This document shows positions 59,801 to 64,000 of a stretch of 64,000 nucleotides of DNA, one piece after another (positions within the stretch are counted from its first letter, which is position 1; each line of letters starts with the position of its first letter). This stretch comes from Candidatus Altimarinota bacterium (GTDB lineage Bacteria; Patescibacteriota; Gracilibacteria; UBA4473), in contig JAHDHX010000006.1 of NCBI GenBank assembly GCA_020631075.1, positions 42,243 through 106,242 of the forward strand, given 5' to 3'. The position numbers and the translations under genes are program-made. The notes beneath the pieces are model-generated. The model ran no database searches, was not told the DNA's origin, and was given only the letters and a program-made list of their open reading frames with translations.

Positions 59801-61485
59801 ATGAAGAAGATGAAAATCAAGAAGATAATGATGACGAAGACGAAGAAGAAAATTCTGACTCAAACGATGACGACGAGGAAACCACTACAGTAGTTGTTGT
59901 AGACAACAGCGACGACGATGAAGATTCAGACAATGAAGATGACGACAGCACCACCGTGGTAATCGTAGACAACAATGATGACGACGAAGATGACGAAGAT
60001 GACACAAACTATTACTACAACGACTTCACAAACACGGATCAACCTGGCTCCTCCTCCGAAACCCTCGACATCGCCCAGTGTCACATCGAAGAGTGCCCCG
60101 AGTGTCCAACCGTCGAACTCTCACTGACCAAAGAGCTCATCGGCAACGGCACCGTTGGCTACGTCGCCGACAACTCCCTCGCCGACTACCAGATCCAAGT
60201 CACCATCGACGACTTTGACGCCAACGGCAACGACATCACCGCCGCCCAGCTCTACGTCTACGACCGCGTCGTCTGCGCCGACAGCGCTCACATTGACGAA
60301 ACCCAGTTCTTCAACCCGCAAAACGTCACCGCTGGCTACAGCTACGACAGCACCAACGGTGTCTACACCCTCCCCGTCGACCCGGACGACCTCAGCAGCG
60401 GCACCACCTTCACGCTTGATTACAGCATCCTGCTCGACATCATCGGCGCGGATACCAACGACAACGAAGTCGTCAACGTCGCCTTCGCCACCCTGGCCAT
60501 CGAAGCCGAAGGTGAAGCCCGCCACTACACCGTCAACTTTGACACCGCTGGCCTCGACGACAGCACTTTCACCAGTGGTGGTGAGTGCCCCGCGCAGATT
60601 ATTGACGCGCTCGACCTCGCCGCAGGCAACCTCGCCTCCCAAGTGAGTAACGCTGACTTCACCAGCCTCGACACATCCTTCTCTGGTTCCACCTTGGGCA
60701 ACACCGCCATCGCGAAAGTCATCAAACCCTACGTAGACGCCAACCTCGGCGGAGCCGCCGTCTACCAGACGCAAGCCCCGAGCACCGACGAAAACGTCTA
60801 CCACACGGTCAAAAGCTCAGGTGTGGAGTCAACTGCACCTGCTAATGACGAGACAGCAACCGCTGTCAACCTGACTAACGCAACAACCTCACAAGTGATG
60901 AGCACCATTGATGTGATGGACGCCAAAGTCCTTAACGGACTCATCCCAGGCCTCATCACCGAGCTCGAATCCCTCAGTATGATCGCCACCAACACGCAAA
61001 CCATCTTCGGTGTCGACATGCACCTCACCCCCAATGGCCGCGTGGCGTTCACAGACCAAGACATCACACTGAGCGGTGACTACGCCCTGGCCGAAGCCCT
61101 CACCATCGTGACCACTGGCACGATCAAGGTCACCAACAACGTCACCTTCACGGGCGCCGTTCCGGCCTTCGTCCAGCCGAGTTCTGGGCAAGAGCTCACC
61201 GTCGACGCCAGCGTCACCAGCATGGCTGGTCTCTACTTCCTCCCCAGCGGAGTCATGACCACCACCGGTGACCTCACCAGCGACGACCCCATGGTCATCA
61301 ACGGCCTCGTCGTCGTCGCCGACGCCTCTGACTTCCTGCTCTCCCACACCTACATTGGTGAGACTCCCCAGTCAGAGTCCGAGCTCGTCGCCGCCGTCAC
61401 GTTCATCATGCCCGACAGTCTCCTGACGAATGTACCCCCATTGTTCACCGACTTCCTCGAGCGCGAATACACCCAAGCCCAATAA
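50854..61485 (+). CDS. Giant secreted surface protein/adhesin with many DUF11-like Ig-fold repeats
   Basis: 3543 aa with a signal peptide. Recurring K..(G).TVTW/YTITITN....TNV..TD.LP...N.A modules with Pro-rich linkers and paired Cys; D/E-rich tract; distinct C-terminal domain. Confidence 0.9.
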   Translation: MRKRLLGLAFGLLAIASAGILGTGALSSPDLPVLSADKYVSQIISPTGNTIFSDPSGSNQAALHDPALAIAHGATVEWSVVVSTDNTGPDSYDAVEFTDSFQLYGNGYFDHTVIDWLPHPQYDFFTSCQQAFDEGNELQWYNTIKDSLYFNEYTDLDTVLINGAPISATNLDSTICNILDTDDFSGVIIGPMGPNETRTFTFTGVYGPTEKYPQFEPRGLCNGVWVLAQSNYGDNTEFFGFGLDSPIDSPWSCVQITDTPHTTTIEKSGEIDMTTQTIDWTVTVETDIPVDTKHFQILDNPIESTGHTGPLHDNHPHGFTCEYTAQGNGVFICNVTTQITDLSSDQYCNEASVYINYVPLGSTTACVQPPMLEAPTIEVTKQAVESVISSTDTELEWLITVTTSSSDYSGDITNVVFTDSWSGYSVSEVVINPVDNDNQQVTINPSGTSFTYSVGTMGPNDSQSFLVTMTIADEKTDSPCLSGDYTFGNNVEIIDALYNHYGTDTSIAGDTDSASTVCTAPTPNPVPELILNKVEVPSITHVETGQSVDYQITVTNPAGNSGTPGVPVYNLDLTDVLSGPTGVSYTISNVSANIGTPTIVGNQINIPTIAQLLPGQTYTLTYTVTYGTAAGTAGACNLEGHTFQNVATIESFDYPTYPNVTVDGFTTVEPNQSFVEEVICYSPETPVPVIEVTKTLVEPSNGYVYAPNQNTVTYQITIDASNQPNGFTGMITDLVLTDTTNFPFQSVTVNGNSVPFSANGFFIEPSAPLQVPAGAYPSSQTYTVVFDLGTWGTDHTCLTAGQTLTNSASATGFYDANGISTTVSDTSQTVTATCHVPANISAPSLSLAKVAHADIINEGESVDYVISVFNSSDTTANNIQLEDIISNPSNGTYSISNVNAAILEIPQYNFSNNGNSISFTPFDLPANTAYTVIYTITYGNNSSNSPTACIADGIQFINTASVTSFSYTDEFGNEISDDVTLPSEETATVTCNAQTTNLEVTKELITHECPTYGLGGTGAATFGVTITNTGDLPLTDVTVYDVLQNYFTNVSNITQGVTLSGSEFSIPAGYLDNTGDTFSFQFTVDIDATQIANFGTPLTNSVSATADNVEIVDSNTVSFTCGPIVVPQPTVNINKAVANSQTTPLPYGDNSITWTLTIDSEANGYQGLITGLTLTDDPLFPVTGVTLLDASGTALPISFNGDTLTYDLPDFTAGTDFVFTLITEFDNTYDAHVCGTDGQLLQNNVTLANGFYDGNTSLPSSSDNATIPCGPVYVPTTSLEVTKELITHECPTYGLGGTGAATFEVTITNTGDLPLTNVQVTDLLNSYFTNVSNITQSVTLSGSTFSIPAGNLDNTGDTFSFQFTVDVDAAQIANFGTPLTNFVSATADNDASDTSNTVSFTCGPIVVPEPTISVAKDLATTQANPLPYGDDTITWVITVSTQGNGYTGNITDVTLTDTIDFDVQSVTVDGTPITLTGDSFTYTVGTMGPNDSQSFTVVTTYDSDSTKHICTETGQLLTNSVTVNGDYDLGTPLAPDSDDAIIMCQLPDEVAPPVLDITKSASQSVTSEGGDVIYTVQVTNTASTTATNVTLTDVLTVPANTVYVISDATDTLTGGTTTGAVSTDGTTLTFPTLTTLDAGGIYTVTYTVTYGGDDLYAPTACVEATNTFTNVAQVTGFSYTDEYNNDTTNGVTLPDPADTTVTCSAPDTALPLFDIQKSLLTPATAVEGEEITWQIIVSMPSNQPYEGNLTDLVITEDPAYAYSNPYFTDENGNITSGLTYTLDVLNPGQVVILEFTTTVGNQAAIACTADGHLLPNGVTITDIFEPTSDTLTDEANATAPCSVIPPEVPTPVINKSVNTNTVHPGQSFTYTISGNTGQFTDGSYATIDPLVITDDIESSLIEFDLDAFAAANPGITVTELNDGTYQFNLGTVTGPFSFSIEATFLEGVASGTQFCNVAHIGTLADIAADPVNAVCSDPTSACVTLVDHPPVDQPTFTISKSADVDTVMEGDTVTWTITITNTSDTDATNVTFTDNLPTGVTAVTPDFGNLTITDDSLTNGTYTATIGQIDANDSVSFTVTTTIGAGTTDDPTMCVTDGQSFTNVVSLDTFQYLVNPTTTSTINDGQTASDSVICEVPEPPVVPVDAPTFTISKSADVDTVMEGDTVTWTITITNTSDTDATNVTFTDNLPTGVTAVTPDFGNLTITDDSLTNGTYTATIGQIDANDSVSFTVTTTIGAGTTDDPTMCVTDGQSFTNVVSLDTFQYLVNPTTTSTINDGQTASDSVICEVPEPPVVPVDAPTFTISKSADVDTVMEGDTVTWTITITNTSDTDATNVTFTDNLPTGVTAVTPDFGNLTITDDSLTNGTYTATIGQIDANDSVSFTVTTTIGAGTTDDPTMCVTDGQSFTNVVTLTDFDYTDENNNTVTDHSGQTASDSVICEVPVVEYPAPTITKTDNADTVLPGGTITYTVNVDTNGATFSPLQITDNFDDHLTLIESSVTNGVTVVDQPNNTYLFDLGTVTGPTSFSFSVEVSADATPGQAICNVVHIGTPLDLQQDPEGTVCSDPESACVIVESPFIAAPSIALTKTANVTETEIGQAIIWTLTVNNDGNVPLTNVEITDPLASYLTYQSGDADISLNGSDLTITVGDLAIGQTIDYTFTTLVNGDATGLTQLSNTATVNGVYAETDTTVTDSGSDTVILVTPPAPEPELEWTVEKTSMPADGAVLNVGDLITYYITVTNEGNTALTDVFVTDDLDSSIRFHSDLGNPEISGDFFDPSVIISFPYLGVNESLTTSFQVKVVSVPDTTNQQFCNALHCGLAFGDVDSDFPYFETGDFLGGTCHTVVPEDEPTPGLEFAKTVTSGDYAVGDTVTYSVTATNTGDFPLTDVIAIDQLPAGTQFQQCNGDYDLDGSTLTLDFGTLAAGQSQTITFSVTVTQPGQFCNDIVSGQGTTPDGDTVGGTVTTGPQCETATIDDEEDEQDEEDENQEDNDDEDEEENSDSNDDDEETTTVVVVDNSDDDEDSDNEDDDSTTVVIVDNNDDDEDDEDDTNYYYNDFTNTDQPGSSSETLDIAQCHIEECPECPTVELSLTKELIGNGTVGYVADNSLADYQIQVTIDDFDANGNDITAAQLYVYDRVVCADSAHIDETQFFNPQNVTAGYSYDSTNGVYTLPVDPDDLSSGTTFTLDYSILLDIIGADTNDNEVVNVAFATLAIEAEGEARHYTVNFDTAGLDDSTFTSGGECPAQIIDALDLAAGNLASQVSNADFTSLDTSFSGSTLGNTAIAKVIKPYVDANLGGAAVYQTQAPSTDENVYHTVKSSGVESTAPANDETATAVNLTNATTSQVMSTIDVMDAKVLNGLIPGLITELESLSMIATNTQTIFGVDMHLTPNGRVAFTDQDITLSGDYALAEALTIVTTGTIKVTNNVTFTGAVPAFVQPSSGQELTVDASVTSMAGLYFLPSGVMTTTGDLTSDDPMVINGLVVVADASDFLLSHTYIGETPQSESELVAAVTFIMPDSLLTNVPPLFTDFLEREYTQAQ
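53845..55077 (+). repeat. Near-identical ~390-bp module duplicated 843 bp apart (53845-54234 and 54688-55077)
   Basis: LEVTKELITHECPTYGLGGTGAATF...NTVSFTCGPIVVP occurs twice. Confidence 0.9.
56836..58086 (+). repeat. Tandem 459-bp (153-aa) repeat, about 2.7 apparently identical copies
   Basis: ACCTTCACCATCAGCAAATCCGCTGAC starts at 56836, 57295 and 57754. Confidence 0.95.
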
Positions 61486-61517
61486 GTCACCAAACATTTT
61501 CCCTTTCAGATCAAACC

Positions 61518-61550
61518 CAAACCGTCCCCTGCCCAGGGGGCGGTTTTTTT
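61518..61550 (+). terminator. Rho-independent terminator
   Basis: AAACCGTCCCCTG-CC-CAGGGGGCGG followed by T7. Confidence 0.8.
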
Positions 61551-61614
61551 GACTCACTTTTATTTGCCAAAATATAAAATAAAAATAAAAAAGTATTGAT
61601 TTTTAATATCAAAC

Positions 61615-62100
61615 ATGAACACTCCACGATTCTCCTCCCGCGATAAGCTTAAAATGCTTGGTCTCACAGCCTTTACCGCCCTGACCATCGGCCTCAAAAG
61701 TTGCAAAAAAGCGGTCGAATCATTCAAAGACCAAGTCGCCGTCACACTCGAACCCGTCGATGGCGAGTGCAAGTTCAAATTAACCATTGATAACACTCTC
61801 GGCTACGGTCACCGCATCCGTACCATTACTAATGCCGATTTTGGTCTCAACTGTTCCACCTACAACCCCGACCATCAAAACATCACGGAAGACTGCCTCT
61901 ACAGCACACCTTTGAGTGAACCCATCATTTTGGAAGTCCAAGACGGTGAAAAAGTCGACACCATCTTCTCCGAAGACATTGTAATCGGTAATCCTGATCA
62001 AGACGAATTTGCAGAGCCCACTACCGCTGCCTCTTCTACAGACATCGAACTAGGCGGAAACATTGAAACCTACAACCGCCACGCCACGCTTTCCAAATAA
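61615..62100 (+). CDS. Hypothetical exported protein, possibly a lipoprotein
   Basis: Hydrophobic N-terminus ending IGLKSC; three further Cys. Confidence 0.65.
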   Translation: MNTPRFSSRDKLKMLGLTAFTALTIGLKSCKKAVESFKDQVAVTLEPVDGECKFKLTIDNTLGYGHRIRTITNADFGLNCSTYNPDHQNITEDCLYSTPLSEPIILEVQDGEKVDTIFSEDIVIGNPDQDEFAEPTTAASSTDIELGGNIETYNRHATLSK

Positions 62101-62125
62101 AGGCACCACCCACCCCCCTCCCCCC

Positions 62126-62153
62126 AGCACACCCCCAGTGGTGTGCTTTTTTT
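62126..62153 (+). terminator. Rho-independent terminator
   Basis: AGCACACC-CCCAGT-GGTGTGC followed by T7. Confidence 0.7.
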
Positions 62154-62213
62154 GTTTCTGCTATACTAGGGTGACCACTCTCTCTACACTCCCCCCGTTC
62201 CCCGTTTTCCCCT

Positions 62214-64000
62214 ATGTGGCGCGCCTTCTTCATGTTCATCGGTCGCTTTGGTCGCCTCGGCTCCTACGTGGCGCGGTTTGGTGTGCGCTACCCGGGGGCA
62301 GCGGCCGTGCTGTTTCCCGCCTTTGCCGTGGGGTTTTTGGTGCTCGACATCATCACAGGGTTTTTCCTCATTCGGGCCATTTTGTGGCACTGGCATCGGC
62401 TGGAGGAAGAGCACCAGCTTGTTCATCTGAAGATCACCCTCGCCCGCAACGACACCAAACTCGACAACGAAAAACGCACCGAAAAAGACTTCCACGAGCA
62501 GATCGGCAAAGCCGAGCAATTTTTTCGCGCCCTGCATGAAACCCGCGGACTGAGTTGGTACAACATCCTCATGAAGCGTATCCTCTGGCACAAACCCCAG
62601 CTCAGTTTCGAGATCCAGTGCTTCAACCGCGAAATCCACTTCGTCGTCGTCTGTGACAAGTACTACCAACACATCATCGAGAAGCAAATCACCTCCTTCT
62701 ACGAGTCAGCCGACATCACCCCCATCCCCGAAAAAAAACGCCTCCAGCTCAACGCCAAAGGCCTCCACTACAACGGGTACCACATGCACTCCCAGCGCCA
62801 GTTCTACTACCCGCTCCAGACCTATAAGCAGATCGAAGACGACGCCCTCAATAATCTCGTCAACGCCTTCGCCAACCTCACCGACGAAGAAAAAGGCGTC
62901 ATCCAATTCGTCATCCACCCCATTTCCAACTACTGGCAAAAAGAAGCCCGCGAGTTCGCCACCGCCGAGTTCAAGGGCGGGAATAAGAAGCAATGGCGCA
63001 TCCCCCTCATCGGCCCCCTGCTCAACGGTCTGCGCATCTTGATAGGCGGCTTCGACCCCGCCACCGACGGCGGGTCAAACGCCCCAGGTGCCAGCGGCGG
63101 CGACTCCTACGTGCGGATGCTCGCCTCCGACGAAGAAATTTTCAAACAAATGGGCGAAAAATCCCACCAGCCAGGCTACGAAGTCGCCATTCGGGTGCTG
63201 GCCGCCTCACCGGAGTCCAACCGCAGGGTGCAAGACATCCTCGACTCCGCCTTCGTCGCCTTTAATGCCTTCGAAGCCAAAGGCATGAACCGCCTCGAAA
63301 ACCGCCGTTCATTCCCCCTCGACGCGATCAACCGCCACATCATCTTTCATAATTTTCGCTACCGCCTCTACCCGTTTTTGGAGCGCAGCTCACTGCTCTC
63401 CTGCGACGAAGTCGCCACCCTCTTCCACTTCCCCGACGCCCGGTATAATAAAATCCCCAACATCAAGTGGATGGCCTACAAAGTCCTCCCCCCCCCCATC
63501 AACCTCCCCGCCGAGGGGATCGTCTTGGGCAACAGCGTCTTTCGCGGCCACTCCAAGCCCGTCAGGTTTATGAAAAAAGACCGCACCCGCCACACCTACG
63601 TCATCGGGAAGTCAGGGTCAGGGAAGTCCGTCCTCCTGTGGAATATGGCCGTCCAAGACGTCGAAAACGGCGAAGGCGTCTGCGTCATCGACCCCCATGG
63701 GGATTTAGTCGACGACGTCGTCAGCTGCGTGCCCAAGCACCGCGCCAAAGACGTCATCATCTTTGACCCAGGCGACGTCGAGCGCCCCATGGGGCTCAAC
63801 ATGCTCGAAGCCAACACCGCCGAAGAGAAAGACCGCGCCTCCCTCGACGCGATGGAAATCATGATCAAACTCTTCGGCAACGAGATCTTCGGCCCCCGCA
63901 TCCAGCATTATTTTCGCAACGGCTGCCTCACCCTCATGGACGACGAAGACGAAGGCGCCACCATGATCGACGTCCCCCGCTTGTTTATTGACGACGACTT
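62214..64000 (+). CDS. VirB4/TraD/HerA-like P-loop ATPase of the CPR type (3' truncated)
   Basis: Frame runs from ATG 62214 to the window end: N-terminal TM, EVATLFHFP, DRTRHTYVIGKSGSGKS (Walker A), VIDPHGDL, IFGPRI. Confidence 0.85.
   Translation, partial: MWRAFFMFIGRFGRLGSYVARFGVRYPGAAAVLFPAFAVGFLVLDIITGFFLIRAILWHWHRLEEEHQLVHLKITLARNDTKLDNEKRTEKDFHEQIGKAEQFFRALHETRGLSWYNILMKRILWHKPQLSFEIQCFNREIHFVVVCDKYYQHIIEKQITSFYESADITPIPEKKRLQLNAKGLHYNGYHMHSQRQFYYPLQTYKQIEDDALNNLVNAFANLTDEEKGVIQFVIHPISNYWQKEAREFATAEFKGGNKKQWRIPLIGPLLNGLRILIGGFDPATDGGSNAPGASGGDSYVRMLASDEEIFKQMGEKSHQPGYEVAIRVLAASPESNRRVQDILDSAFVAFNAFEAKGMNRLENRRSFPLDAINRHIIFHNFRYRLYPFLERSSLLSCDEVATLFHFPDARYNKIPNIKWMAYKVLPPPINLPAEGIVLGNSVFRGHSKPVRFMKKDRTRHTYVIGKSGSGKSVLLWNMAVQDVENGEGVCVIDPHGDLVDDVVSCVPKHRAKDVIIFDPGDVERPMGLNMLEANTAEEKDRASLDAMEIMIKLFGNEIFGPRIQHYFRNGCLTLMDDEDEGATMIDVPRLFIDDD

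Noticed and set aside
2497..63908. Numerous overlapping P/S/T/H/R-rich or G/V-rich ORFs in the ORF track
   Set aside because: Shadow frames produced by high GC and strong skew; they overlap well-supported genes and lack motifs.
1..64000. Genetic code 25 (UGA=Gly), as in Gracilibacteria/Absconditabacteria
   Set aside because: Long conserved genes are intact under code 11, and murA ends at TGA exactly where the family ends.
1..64000. CRISPR array, rRNA, prophage or transposase
   Set aside because: No short regularly spaced repeats, rRNA-like sequence or corresponding protein motifs were seen.

Overview
Chromosomal, mostly housekeeping DNA from a bacterium that looks like a Patescibacteria/CPR member, probably Peregrinibacteria/Gracilibacteria-like. 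This is inferred from a CPR-type pilin, a VirB4/TraD-like ATPase, class I HMG-CoA reductase plus mevalonate kinase, and a giant DUF11-repeat surface protein. It uses genetic code 11. Contents: purL-purQ-purM-purN, pyrE, murA, lepB, lgt, gap, mltG, mfd, mscL, a stand-alone rpoB (no rpoC), a stand-alone dnaN (no dnaA), tRNA-His, a CAU tRNA (probably Ile2), an NdvB-like GH17-GT2 glucan synthase and a 3543-aa repeat protein. Unusual points: (1) a divergent class-Ic-synthetase/CDPS-like orphan translationally coupled to an Asp/Glu-racemase-family gene; (2) two unexpected enzyme fusions, AroA-Nudix and riboflavin kinase-5-formyl-THF cyclo-ligase; (3) three copies of a ~187-bp IS5-like MITE, each at a stop codon; (4) a tandem paralog pair with near-identical ends and divergent AT-rich cores; (5) an extreme C>G strand skew that shapes protein composition; (6) many apparently leaderless genes; (7) two homopolymer frameshifts and an apparent ATA start, which may be assembly errors. 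No CRISPR array, rRNA, transposase or prophage was seen. All calls come from reading motifs by eye; no database search was run.
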